Notes under the pieces: generated by a model
Database searches by the model: none
What the model was told of the DNA's origin: nothing
Seen by the model: the letters and a program-made list of their open reading frames with translations, nothing else
Position numbers and translations under genes: made by a program
NCBI GenBank assembly: GCA_964402535.1
Contig: CAYOCH010000002.1
Coordinates: forward strand, 6,661-70,660
Direction: 5' to 3'
Length of the DNA: 64,000 bases
Source of the DNA: an uncultured Candidatus Saccharibacteria bacterium
GTDB lineage: Bacteria; Patescibacteriota; Minisyncoccia; Phycocordibacterales; Phycocordibacteraceae
In this document: piece by piece, positions 18,902-28,554 of the stretch
Layout: each line of letters opens with the position of its first letter
Position numbering within the stretch: position 1 is the stretch's first letter

Positions 18902-19418
18902 GCTTGATCTCGATTAGGTGGTCGGCGTGATCGATAAAGAGGATCCCGTTCAGGTGGTCGATCTCGTGTTCGAATATCTGCGCCATGATCCCGCCGCCGC
19001 CGCGCTCGAAGCGCGTCCCGTCGGCCTTGCGCGCGCGGACAGTCACGCGCTCGTGGCGCTTCGTCGTGCCGTAGATGCCGCGGACAGAGAGGCAGCCCTC
19101 GTCCATCTTGGCGCGCTTGCGCGAGGTCTTGACGATCTCGGGATTGATATAGACTTCAACCTTCGGGATTACCTTGGGCACTGCGCCCTGAGTAGCCTCT
19201 GGCGAAGCAGGGACCGTGCGATCCTCGCGGACGATGAAGATGCGGTAGGGCAGCGCAATCTGGGGCGCGGCGAGCGCAACGCCCTCGAGCTCGTAGTCGA
19301 GCGCCTCGGTCATATCCGCGATGATCACGGCGAGCTCCGCGCTGCCGAAGAGCTCCTCGGGCACCGGCTTCGCCGTCTCACGGAGCACTAGCGTGCCATC
19401 TTGCACGATTTCTTTCAT
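18885..19418 (-). CDS. def: Peptide deformylase
   Basis: GVALAAPQI, EGCLS, HEIDHLNG. Confidence 0.95.
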   Translation of the reverse strand: MKEIVQDGTLVLRETAKPVPEELFGSAELAVIIADMTEALDYELEGVALAAPQIALPYRIFIVREDRTVPASPEATQGAVPKVIPKVEVYINPEIVKTSRKRAKMDEGCLSVRGIYGTTKRHERVTVRARKADGTRFERGGGGIMAQIFEHEIDHLNGILFIDHADHLIEIKHVATA

Positions 19419-19461
19419 GTTGCCTAGTATAGCGCAGCGGCGAGGCAAAATAAAGGCGGAT

Positions 19462-19746
19462 CTAATGCTTCGTTGGATCCAATTCCCACCAGAATTTTTT
19501 GCTGAAGTTCTGCGCCTGGCTGCAGACGCTCTTTAAGTAGTAGAGGTCCTGTGTCGGAATCTTCTCAAGCGTGACGCCGAGGTGCGCCATCGTGATCGGC
19601 GGCAAGCCGTCCTGTTTGCGCGAATAATTGAGGTGGCGCTGAAAGAATCGCATCAGCTCGCCGCGCTCGGTCTGGCGCTTGCGACCCTTAGGCGCAGCTG
19701 CCGCCTTCTTTTCAAAGTCGGGGAGCAGGTCGCTTATCTTCTTCAT
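19462..19746 (-). CDS. Hypothetical protein
   Basis: Tightly packed between murA and def; natural composition. Confidence 0.7.
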   Translation of the reverse strand: MKKISDLLPDFEKKAAAAPKGRKRQTERGELMRFFQRHLNYSRKQDGLPPITMAHLGVTLEKIPTQDLYYLKSVCSQAQNFSKKFWWELDPTKH

Positions 19747-19747
19747 A

Positions 19748-21055
19748 TCAAGAGGTCGCTTCTATCTCGGCGCCCAGGTGCTGGAGGCGGTGGACGATAT
19801 CCTCGTAGCCGCGGTTGATCGAGTAGACGTTGCGCAGGAGCGAACGGCCCTTCGCGCCGAGCATGGCGACCAAGATGATGGTCGCGGGGCGGAGCGCCGG
19901 CGGGCAGATCACCTCGGCGGCCTTGAGCCGCGTGGGGCCCTCGATCGAGATGCGGTGCGGGTCGTGGAGCGCGGTCGTGGCGCCCAAGCGATCGAGCTCG
20001 GTGTAGTAGATCGCGCGCTTCTCATAGACCCAGTCGTGGATCAGGGTCGTGCCCCTAGCCTGCGTCGCGATGACGGCGAAGAAGGGCAGGTTGTCGATGT
20101 TCATGCCCGGGTAGGGGCGTGCATGAATCTTCTCGGGGAAGGCGGTGAGCTCTGAGGGCTCGATCGAGAGGTCGACGAGTTTGGTCACGCCGTTTTCAGA
20201 GATGCGCTTGTTCGAGATGGTGAACTGCAAGCCCATCTTCTCGAGCAAGAAGAGCTCCACCTCGAGGAACTCGATCGGGACTGCGGTGATCTCGATCGCC
20301 GAGTGCGTGACGATCGCCGCTGAAATGAAGAACATCGCGTCGGTCGGATCCTCGGCGATGCTGTAGGACATGTCCGTGTTGATGTCCGGCATGCCGTTTA
20401 TGGTGAGCGTCGTCGAACCGATACCCTCGACGCCGACGCCGAGCTGCTTCAAGAAGCCGCACACCTCCTGCACCTGGTAGTTGGCCGAGGCGTACTTGAT
20501 GACCGAGGTACCGCTTATGCGCGCGGCGGCAAGCAGCGCATTGATAGTGGCCGTGTCGCTCGACTCATAGAGCACCACGTCTGCCGGCGCAAGGGATGAG
20601 TGAGAAATCTTGTAGCTGTCGGTCGTCGCATCGATCGCGACGCCGAACTTCTCAAGCGCCATGAGGTGCGGCCGAGCAGAGCGCAGGCCCAAGGTGCAGC
20701 CGCCCGACTGAGGTAGCTCGAACGACTTGAAGAGGTGGAGCAGGGGGCCGATGAACATCAGGATGCTGCGCGTGCGCGTGGCGGCTGCGCGGTCGATCGT
20801 CTCGAGCGAGACCTTCTCGGGCGGCGTGATGATCACATGTGTGCCTTCCCACTCCACGTCGGCGCCGATAGAGCGGAGCACCTCAATAAGGCGGTTTACC
20901 TCCTCGATCTTGGGCATGTGCTCGAGGGTCGTGCGGCCGCGGTTCAAGAGGGAGGCGGCGAGGAGCGCGACGGCACCGTTCTTGGAGCGGCTCACCTCGA
21001 CCGTGCCCGAGAGCGGCTTGCCGCCCTCCACGACGAAATTCATTTCACCCTGCAT
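19748..21055 (-). CDS. murA: UDP-N-acetylglucosamine 1-carboxyvinyltransferase
   Basis: SKN, GGCTLGLR (catalytic Cys), RGYE. Confidence 0.92.
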   Translation of the reverse strand: MQGEMNFVVEGGKPLSGTVEVSRSKNGAVALLAASLLNRGRTTLEHMPKIEEVNRLIEVLRSIGADVEWEGTHVIITPPEKVSLETIDRAAATRTRSILMFIGPLLHLFKSFELPQSGGCTLGLRSARPHLMALEKFGVAIDATTDSYKISHSSLAPADVVLYESSDTATINALLAAARISGTSVIKYASANYQVQEVCGFLKQLGVGVEGIGSTTLTINGMPDINTDMSYSIAEDPTDAMFFISAAIVTHSAIEITAVPIEFLEVELFLLEKMGLQFTISNKRISENGVTKLVDLSIEPSELTAFPEKIHARPYPGMNIDNLPFFAVIATQARGTTLIHDWVYEKRAIYYTELDRLGATTALHDPHRISIEGPTRLKAAEVICPPALRPATIILVAMLGAKGRSLLRNVYSINRGYEDIVHRLQHLGAEIEATS

Positions 21056-21121
21056 TGCCGCCATCGTACCATCGGCCTCCCGTTTTTGCCCTGTGTACAC
21101 GAGCGCGGTATCATGGCCGTA

Positions 21122-22147
21122 ATGTCATTCTTCTCTCCGAAGCTCGGCATCGACCTAGGGACCACGAACGTGCTGGTCTTCGTGCCCGGCAAGGGGGTCG
21201 TGATCAACGAGCCGTCGGTCGTGGCCGTGGGCAAGGCGCACGGCAAGCTCGGCGCCAACAAGATCCTCGCTATCGGCGCCGAAGCCAAGAAGATGATCGG
21301 CCGAACGCCGGACGACATCATCGCCTACCGGCCGATGAAGGACGGCGTGATCGCCGACTATCGCGTCACCGAGGCGATGCTGCGCTACTTTATCCGTAAG
21401 GCGTTGGGGCGCAACCCGTTCAAACCGACGGTGCTCGTCTCGGTGCCGGCGGGCGTCACCTCCACCGAGAAGCGCGCGGTGATCGAAGCGGCCATGAAGG
21501 CGGGTGCCAAGAACGCGTACGTGGTCAAAGAGCCGATCCTCGCCGCGATCGGCGCGGGCATCCCGATCCACGAGCCGATGGGGCGGATGGTCGCCGACAT
21601 CGGCGGCGGCACGATCGACGTGGCCGTGATATCGCTCGGCGGCATCGTCGCCTCGACGAGCGTGAAGTGCGCAGGCGACAGGCTCGACCGCGCCGTCGTC
21701 GACCACGTGAAGAAGCAGTACAACCTCGCGATCGGCGACAAGACCGCCGAGGAGGTCAAGATCCGCGTCGGCGCGGCCGTACCGATGAACGAGGAACTGA
21801 CATTGCCGATCCGCGGCCGCGACATGGTCTCGGGGCTCCCGCGCACGGTGGACCTCTCGACGAACGACCTGGTTCAGGCGATGTCGCGTGAGCTCCGCGA
21901 GATGACGCAGGCGATCCGCAAGGTCTTGCAAGAGACGCCGCCAGAGCTCGCGGCTGACATCATCGACAACGGCATCATCCTGACCGGCGGCTCCTCGCAG
22001 CTGCGGCAGATGCCGGAGCTCGTCTACCGCCGCACCGGCGTCGTCGCCAAGCTCGCGACCGACCCCTACTACTGCGTCGCGCGCGGCACCGGCATCGCCC
22101 TCAAGCATCTGGACACGTACCAGAAGAGCATCATCGCCAAGCAATGA
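21122..22147 (+). CDS. mreB: Rod shape-determining protein MreB (paralog 1)
   Basis: GIDLGT, NEPSVVA, DIGGGT, LTGG; start moved to ATG 21122. Confidence 0.95.
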   Translation: MSFFSPKLGIDLGTTNVLVFVPGKGVVINEPSVVAVGKAHGKLGANKILAIGAEAKKMIGRTPDDIIAYRPMKDGVIADYRVTEAMLRYFIRKALGRNPFKPTVLVSVPAGVTSTEKRAVIEAAMKAGAKNAYVVKEPILAAIGAGIPIHEPMGRMVADIGGGTIDVAVISLGGIVASTSVKCAGDRLDRAVVDHVKKQYNLAIGDKTAEEVKIRVGAAVPMNEELTLPIRGRDMVSGLPRTVDLSTNDLVQAMSRELREMTQAIRKVLQETPPELAADIIDNGIILTGGSSQLRQMPELVYRRTGVVAKLATDPYYCVARGTGIALKHLDTYQKSIIAKQ

Positions 22148-22857
22148 ACCGACAGCACGCGTACGTGATCGAGGCGGGGGCAGAGGAGGGGATTGAAATC
22201 GCCCAGAAATACGCGAGTGAGGAATTGGGTATTAGGAATAAGGGCAACGCGGACTGGATCGAGCTGCGCTACGGGCTGCTCTCGGTCGAGGATTCTCGGC
22301 GTGTGCAGGAGCTCGCGGTGCAAGCGCCGATCAAGAGTGACAAGAAGGCACTCGCGATCGCCGCGAACCGCGCGTATCACGAGGCGCAGAACGCGCTCTT
22401 GAAGCTCTTTGAGGAGCCGCCAGAGGGGACGTACCTCTTTTTGATCGTCCCCACGGCCGGGATGCTCTTGCCCACACTCCGGTCGCGCGTCCAAATCTTG
22501 GAAAATCCGAAAAAGAAGAACACTATCATATATGATAGTGACGGTATCGCAGCTGAATTTATAAAAGGAAGTAAAGAGAAAAGGACAGCGCTCATCAAGA
22601 AGCTGACGAGCGGGCGGGATGAAGAAGAACGGCGAGAGAATCGCGAGGCGGCGCTCGCGATCGTGAACGGGATCGAGGCGGTCGCATATCGGGACGTAGT
22701 ACGTCCTACAGCTGATGTAGGACGTAGTACGTCCTACATATGGGCGCTATTGAAGGAGTTACAGGTGTTGCGCGGCTATCTGCACGATCGCAGCGCGCCG
22801 GTCAAGATGATCCTCGAGCATCTCTCGCTCGTCCTGCCGCGCAATTTGTTATCATGA
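22144..22857 (+). CDS. DNA polymerase III delta'-like protein
   Basis: EAQNALLKLFEEPP...LLPTLRSR. Confidence 0.75.
   Translation: MNRQHAYVIEAGAEEGIEIAQKYASEELGIRNKGNADWIELRYGLLSVEDSRRVQELAVQAPIKSDKKALAIAANRAYHEAQNALLKLFEEPPEGTYLFLIVPTAGMLLPTLRSRVQILENPKKKNTIIYDSDGIAAEFIKGSKEKRTALIKKLTSGRDEEERRENREAALAIVNGIEAVAYRDVVRPTADVGRSTSYIWALLKELQVLRGYLHDRSAPVKMILEHLSLVLPRNLLS
22692..22739. repeat. Tandem intragenic palindromes (REP-like)
   Basis: GGACGTAGTACGTCCTACA twice; the second forms ATGTAGGACGT-AGT-ACGTCCTACAT. Confidence 0.7.
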
Positions 22858-22863
22858 ACGCAT

Positions 22864-23415
22864 ATGGCATACGACTTTTCTAAACTGAAGACGCAGATTC
22901 AAGAGACCGAGGAATGGCTCTCGCGCGAGCTCGCCGGCGTGCGCACCGGCCGCGCGACACCGACCCTGCTCGACGGGGTGAAGCCCGAGGCCTACGGTTC
23001 TCGCACATCGCTGCGCGAGCTCGGCTCGGTCACCGTCGAGGACGCGCGCACGCTCCGCATCATCCCTTGGGACAAGAGCCTGGTGAAAGCGATCGAGAAG
23101 GGCATCACCGACGCGAACCTCGGTGTGGGCGTCGCGACCGACGACCAAGGGATCCGCGTGTCATTCCCCGAGCTCACGAGCGAGCGGCGTGACCAGCTCT
23201 TGAAGATCGCCGGCGAGCGCACCGAGCAGGCCAAAGTGACGCTCCGCACGCATCGCACCGACGCCTTGAAGGCGCTCGAGGCCGCAGAGAAGGAGGGCGG
23301 CATGGGCGAAGACGAGGTCAAGCGCCTCAAAGGCGAGGTGCAGAAGATGATCGACGCCGGCAACGAGGCGCTGCTCGCGGTCTTGGAGCGTAAGGAGGAA
23401 GAAATCGCGCAATAA
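22864..23415 (+). CDS. frr: Ribosome recycling factor
   Basis: RTGRA, PELTSERR. Confidence 0.95.
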   Translation: MAYDFSKLKTQIQETEEWLSRELAGVRTGRATPTLLDGVKPEAYGSRTSLRELGSVTVEDARTLRIIPWDKSLVKAIEKGITDANLGVGVATDDQGIRVSFPELTSERRDQLLKIAGERTEQAKVTLRTHRTDALKALEAAEKEGGMGEDEVKRLKGEVQKMIDAGNEALLAVLERKEEEIAQ

Positions 23416-23429
23416 GCGTAGTAGAGGTA

Positions 23430-24524
23430 ATGAGCGTCCTGATATTCATCCTCGTCATCGTCGCACTCATCGTGGTGCACGAGTTCGGGCACTTCGTCGT
23501 GGCGAAGCTCTCGGGGATGCGGGTCGACGAGTTCGGCCTCGGCTATCCGCCGCGCGCCTTGACGATCGCCAAGGTCGGCGAGACGTCCTACACGCTCAAC
23601 TGGCTCCCGTTCGGCGGGTTCGTCAAGATCTATGGCGAGGATGGCGGCGAGCACGGTTCACGCGCCTTCTCCTCGCGGCCGCGCCATTTGCAGGCGCTCG
23701 TGCTCGTCGCGGGCATCGCGATGAACCTCCTCTTCGCCTATGTGCTTATCACCAGTGCACTCGTGGCCGGCACGCCGCGGGCGCTCGCGCCAGGCGAGCT
23801 CGCCACCGCGCGCGACACGCAGCTCCTGGTCGCGAATGTCTTGCCCGGCTCGCCGGCAGCGAACGCCGGGCTCGTGCCTGATGACTCGATTACGGCTGCT
23901 GAAGATGGCCGCTATCAGTTCTCGGGTGTCGATTCGGCTGCATTCACGAAGTTCGTTTCAAACGGGGCGGGGCAGACGATCGTCGCGCTCACGGTCAAGC
24001 ACGCGGACGGCCGCATGGCGACCGTCTTTGCGCGGCCACAGACAGGCATCATCCCAGGCGACCCCTCGCGTGCCGCGCTCGGCGTCGAGGTGGCGACCGT
24101 CGGCGTCGTGCCGGTCTCGTTCACACAGGCGCTCACCGAGGGAGCGAGTCTCACCTGGGGCGCGACCGTGCTCACTGCGCAGGGCCTGTGGAACTTCTTT
24201 GCGAGCGTGTTTACGCTCCGCGCCAACCTCTCGCAGGTCTCGGGGCCTGTCGGTATCGCGGGTGCCGTCGGCGCCGCCTCCGCGCAAGGGATCGGCGACC
24301 TCCTCTCCTTGATGGCGATCATTTCGATCAACCTCGCTCTCATCAACCTGATCCCGGTGCCGGCCTTGGACGGCGGCCGACTCCTCTTCGTGATTATCGA
24401 GAGCGTCATCCGACGGCCGATCAACCAGAACGTCGCCCGCACCTTAAACGCGATCGGCTTCGTCTTCCTCGTCCTCCTCATGGTCGTCGTGACCGCGCAC
24501 GACATCTTCCGCATCGTGGGATAA
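23430..24524 (+). CDS. rseP: RIP metalloprotease RseP (M50, PDZ)
   Basis: HEFGH, LPFGGFV, NLIPVPALDGG. Confidence 0.92.
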   Translation: MSVLIFILVIVALIVVHEFGHFVVAKLSGMRVDEFGLGYPPRALTIAKVGETSYTLNWLPFGGFVKIYGEDGGEHGSRAFSSRPRHLQALVLVAGIAMNLLFAYVLITSALVAGTPRALAPGELATARDTQLLVANVLPGSPAANAGLVPDDSITAAEDGRYQFSGVDSAAFTKFVSNGAGQTIVALTVKHADGRMATVFARPQTGIIPGDPSRAALGVEVATVGVVPVSFTQALTEGASLTWGATVLTAQGLWNFFASVFTLRANLSQVSGPVGIAGAVGAASAQGIGDLLSLMAIISINLALINLIPVPALDGGRLLFVIIESVIRRPINQNVARTLNAIGFVFLVLLMVVVTAHDIFRIVG

Positions 24525-24571
24525 AAGGATAGCGCCGCCCTGGTGGACGGCGCTTGGTTGATTGAAAGAGT

Positions 24572-25093
24572 CTATGCCGTGAGCAGCGTCTTTGTGGCGT
24601 CGGCGACTGTGTAATCGTCGATTTCGCCATAGGTCGGGTGCTTCACGGTGAAGTGGTGGCCTTTTCCGGTCACATCGACGTCGAGACCGACCTGCAAGAT
24701 GCCGTCGCCATAGATGAGGAGCGACCGCTTCGTGACCGGCAAACTGTAGAGCACCGGCTCGTCGCAGACGAGGAGCACGAGCGCGCCGAACTTGCCGTCG
24801 TGCTTCTTGACCCATGACTGCACCGGCACGTTCTTGCCGTTGTCCTGATACGTCTAGACGTCGTTCTGCCGGCTGCCGTGCGCATCGAGCATCACAACGC
24901 CGCCGTGCTTGGCTGCCCACGCATCGAGGAACCACGCGAGCTCCCTTGACAGTCGCTCGCGGTAGAGCCGCTTGATTGCGCGGTTCACTACCTTCTTCGC
25001 GCTAATATTGAGCTTCCGCGCGTGGGTCTGGTACTCGGCCAGGGTTTCTTCAGACACGAACAGCGTACCCTCATTTACATCAAACTTCTGCAT
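24572..25093 (-). pseudogene. Hypothetical gene (173 codons) split by in-frame TAG
   Basis: ORFs 24854-25093 and 24572-24829 share a frame, joined by NDV*TYQDNGKNVPV; GGGAGG upstream. Confidence 0.6.
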
Positions 25094-25211
25094 TACTTCC
25101 TCCCGAAAAGAACGATCCGAAGGCCGCAGTATGTCATGAGTCCCGTTCTACGTCAATCGCGCTGCATATGTTTTGGCTTTTCGGTGGATTTTCTCTTACA
25201 ATAGGAGCCAC

Positions 25212-26456
25212 ATGCGTCAATCATCACTCTTCACCAAGACCCGCCGCGAGGCGCCAGCGGACGAGGTCGCGAAGAACGCCCAGCTCCTCGTGCGCGCCGG
25301 CTATATCCATAAGGAATTGGCGGGCGCCTATTCGTACTTGCCTTTGGGCTTGCGCACCCTGAACCGCATCGTGCAGATCATCCGCGAAGAGATGGATGCG
25401 ATCGGCGGGCAGGAGCTCGTCATGACCGCGCTCCAAGACAAGGAGCTCTGGAGCCGCACCGACCGCTGGGACGATGACAAGGTCGATAACTGGTTCAAGA
25501 CGTCATTCAAGAGCGGGGGAGAGACGGGGCTCGCGATCACGCACGAAGAGCCGCTGACCCGCATCATGACCGAGCACATCTCCTCGTATCGCGACCTGCC
25601 GGTCTACGCGTACCAATTTCAGAATAAGTTCCGCAATGAACTGCGCGCGAAGAGCGGCATCATGCGCGGCAAAGAGTTCTTGATGAAGGATCTCTACTCA
25701 TTCTCTAAGGACGACGCCGAGCATGCGGCGTTTTATGCGAAGGCGCGCGAGGCGTACAAGAAGGTGTTCTGTCGCGTCGGGATCGGCGAGGAGACGTTCG
25801 TCACCTTCGCCTCGGGCGGCATCTTCTCTCCGTTCTCTGAAGAATTTCAGACTGTCTCAGATGCGGGAGAAGACACTATTTATATAGACGAGGCGAAGAA
25901 GATCGCGGTGAACAAGGAGGTGATGACCGATGAGACGCTCACGACGCTCGGACTCGACCGCGCGACGCTCGTCGAGAAGAAGGCGATCGAGGCAGGGAAC
26001 ATCTTCAACCTCGGGACGCGCTTCTCCGAGCCCTTGGGTCTCTCCTATACCGACGAGTCGGGCGCGAAGAAGCCGGTCGTGATGGGGAGCTACGGCATCG
26101 GCCCGACGCGCCTCATGGGCATCATCGTCGAGGTGCGCGCCGACGGGAAGGGCTTGGTCTGGCCTGCTGAGGTCGCGCCATTCCCATATCACCTCGTCTC
26201 GCTCGGCAAGGCGGGCGACGACGTGACCAAGGCAGCCGAGGAGCTCTACGAAGACTTCGCCAAGGCGGGCGTCGAGGTGCTCTACGACGACCGCGACCTG
26301 CGCGCCGGGGAGAAGTTCGCCGACAGCGACTTGCTCGGCATCCCCAAGCGCATCGTGGTGGGCAAAGAGGCGGCAGCGAGCGAGGTCTACGAAGTGGTCG
26401 ATCGCGCGACCGGCGCAGTAGAGAAGAAGTCCCGCGCCGAGCTCCTCGCGCGTTAA
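25212..26456 (+). CDS. proS: Prolyl-tRNA synthetase (short form without editing insertion)
   Basis: MRQS.LF, THEE, KFRNELR, EFLMKDLYSF, MGSYGIG. Confidence 0.95.
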   Translation: MRQSSLFTKTRREAPADEVAKNAQLLVRAGYIHKELAGAYSYLPLGLRTLNRIVQIIREEMDAIGGQELVMTALQDKELWSRTDRWDDDKVDNWFKTSFKSGGETGLAITHEEPLTRIMTEHISSYRDLPVYAYQFQNKFRNELRAKSGIMRGKEFLMKDLYSFSKDDAEHAAFYAKAREAYKKVFCRVGIGEETFVTFASGGIFSPFSEEFQTVSDAGEDTIYIDEAKKIAVNKEVMTDETLTTLGLDRATLVEKKAIEAGNIFNLGTRFSEPLGLSYTDESGAKKPVVMGSYGIGPTRLMGIIVEVRADGKGLVWPAEVAPFPYHLVSLGKAGDDVTKAAEELYEDFAKAGVEVLYDDRDLRAGEKFADSDLLGIPKRIVVGKEAAASEVYEVVDRATGAVEKKSRAELLAR

Positions 26457-26457
26457 C

Positions 26458-27510
26458 ATGGCCAAGTTTTCGAAAAGCACCCTTTTCTCTAGCGACATCG
26501 CGATCGACCTTGGCACCGCCAACACGCTCGTCTACGTGCGCGGCAAGGGCGTCGTGATCAACGAGCCCTCGGTCGTCGCGGTCAACGACAAGACGCACCA
26601 GGTCGTCGCGGTCGGCAAAGAGGCCAAGACGATGCTCGGCAAGACGCCGGCGCACATCCGCGTCGTGCGCCCCCTCTCGCACGGCGTCATCTCTGACTTC
26701 GAGGTGACGGAGGAGCTCCTCACGTACCTGATCACCAAGGCGCAGAGCGGGCGCACGCGCCTCTTCGGCCCGCGGGTCGTGATCGGCGTGCCGACCGGCG
26801 TCACGAACGTGCAGAGCCGCGCGGTGCGCGACGCAGCAAAGACGGCGGGCGCGCGCGAGGCGTTCATCATGGAGGAGCCGGTCGCCGGCGCGATCGGCTC
26901 CAAGCTGCCGGTCTTCGACGCGGTCGGGACGATGGTGCTCGACATCGGCGGTGGTACGACCGACATCGCGGTGATCGCCTTGAAGGGCGTCGTCGCCTCC
27001 AAGAGCTCGCACGTGGCGGGTGACCGATTCAACGAGAACATCATCGACTTCGTCCGAAGCGAGTTCAAGCTCGGCATCGGCGAGCGCACGGCAGAGGATG
27101 TCAAGATCGCGATCGGCGCGGTGATGCCGCTCAATGAGCCGCTCTCGCGCACGGTGCGCGGTCGCGACTACGCGACCGGGTTGCCGCGCGAGATCACTCT
27201 CACGGACGCGCATATCCGCGAGGCTATCGCGCCCTCGCTCGACACTTTGCTCGACACGATGAAGGAGGTGATCGAGGCGACGCCGGCCGAGCTCCTCTCT
27301 GACGTGCTGCAGCACGGCGTGACCGTTTTCGGTGGCGGGGCGCTCCTGCGCGGGTTGCCGCAGATCCTCGCCAAGATGCTCGGCGTGCCGGTACGCGTCG
27401 CGCCCGACCCGCTCACCTCAGTCGTGCGCGGTGCCGGCATCGTGACCGAGAATCCAGAGCCCTACGCAGACTTTTTCATCGATGAAGAGGACATCCTTAG
27501 CGAGGCGTAA
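26458..27510 (+). CDS. mreB: Rod shape-determining protein MreB (paralog 2)
   Basis: AIDLGTANT, NEPSVVA, DIGGGTT, GGGALL; upstream of mreC. Confidence 0.95.
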   Translation: MAKFSKSTLFSSDIAIDLGTANTLVYVRGKGVVINEPSVVAVNDKTHQVVAVGKEAKTMLGKTPAHIRVVRPLSHGVISDFEVTEELLTYLITKAQSGRTRLFGPRVVIGVPTGVTNVQSRAVRDAAKTAGAREAFIMEEPVAGAIGSKLPVFDAVGTMVLDIGGGTTDIAVIALKGVVASKSSHVAGDRFNENIIDFVRSEFKLGIGERTAEDVKIAIGAVMPLNEPLSRTVRGRDYATGLPREITLTDAHIREAIAPSLDTLLDTMKEVIEATPAELLSDVLQHGVTVFGGGALLRGLPQILAKMLGVPVRVAPDPLTSVVRGAGIVTENPEPYADFFIDEEDILSEA

Positions 27511-28303
27511 CGCGCTCCTCTCTGGTGGGTCCCTCTCGTGGGGCGTGTCCGTGCTCGCCGTGGTGCTTGTGGTCGCGCTCGTCCGCTTCATCGCGCCGAA
27601 CCTCTTCTGGCGCGTCGTGTCGCCGGTCTTTTCAGTATCATCAGGTGTAGCATCGGCGACGCACACGTTCTTCAGCAGTTTTGAGAATGCTGCCGCACTT
27701 GAGAAGAAAGTCGAACAGTTGATTAACGAGAATGCTGCGCTCGCGAGCGAGAACGCCGCGCTCACTGAACAACTGAAGGGGATCGATGCGCTCGGCGCAG
27801 TCCCGCAGGGGATCATCGCTGGCGTCGTCGCGCGGCCACCCGAGAGCCCGTATGACACGCTCGTCGTGGCGCGCGGCTCTGCGACTGAGGTCGTGTCTGG
27901 AATGGAGGCCTTCGGCGCAGGTGGCGTGCCGCTCGGTGTCGTCACCTCGGTGCTTACCGATTTCTCGCGCGTGACGCTCTTTTCCTCACCAACGCTCACG
28001 TCGAGCGTGGTGATCGGCTCGAAACATGTTCCGGTGCAAGTGACAGGCGCTGGCGGCGGCGCGTTGCGCGCCGTCGTCGCACGTGCTTCGAGCATCACAG
28101 AAGGGGACACGGTCTATGCACCCGGTCCGGGACTGTTGCCGATCGGGACGGTCGCGCGGATCGATAGTGACCCATCCTCGCCCTCGGTCTCGCTCCAGAT
28201 CGCTCCCGTGTCGAACCCGTTCATGATCTCGTGGGTCGAACTTCGAGCGACCGGCCCGACGTTCGTGAAGTCGCTCTCGTTTGCGACCTCGACGCTCCCA
28301 TGA
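27482..28303 (+). CDS. mreC: Rod shape-determining protein MreC
   Basis: TM + coiled coil (ENAAL repeats) + beta domain; synteny. Confidence 0.85.
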   Translation: MKRTSLARRNALLSGGSLSWGVSVLAVVLVVALVRFIAPNLFWRVVSPVFSVSSGVASATHTFFSSFENAAALEKKVEQLINENAALASENAALTEQLKGIDALGAVPQGIIAGVVARPPESPYDTLVVARGSATEVVSGMEAFGAGGVPLGVVTSVLTDFSRVTLFSSPTLTSSVVIGSKHVPVQVTGAGGGALRAVVARASSITEGDTVYAPGPGLLPIGTVARIDSDPSSPSVSLQIAPVSNPFMISWVELRATGPTFVKSLSFATSTLP

Positions 28304-28554
28304 TCCGCGGCCTTCTCACGCTCGCACCGCTTATTTCGCTCATATTCTTCCCGTGGCCGTTCACCGCTATGCTCGCGCTTATTGCAGCGGGCTTTGAGCC
28401 CCTGGCACCACTCGCTGCCGGCATCTTTGCAGACGTTCTCTACTACTCGTCATACGCGCAGGCGTGGCCTCGCTATACGCTCTACGGTGCTGTCGCAACG
28501 CTCGCGGCCTACCTCGTGCGTCGCCAGCTCTCAAAGAGTATTATCGGAGGATGA
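28300..28554 (+). CDS. Small membrane protein in the mreD position
   Basis: Hydrophobic 84 aa with G.F.D motif; ATGA overlaps with mreC and mrdA. Confidence 0.6.
   Translation: MIRGLLTLAPLISLIFFPWPFTAMLALIAAGFEPLAPLAAGIFADVLYYSSYAQAWPRYTLYGAVATLAAYLVRRQLSKSIIGG

Noticed and set aside
21122-27510. Two mreB paralogs as a novelty
   Set aside because: Multiple MreB/Mbl paralogs are common in monoderm lineages; both look ordinary
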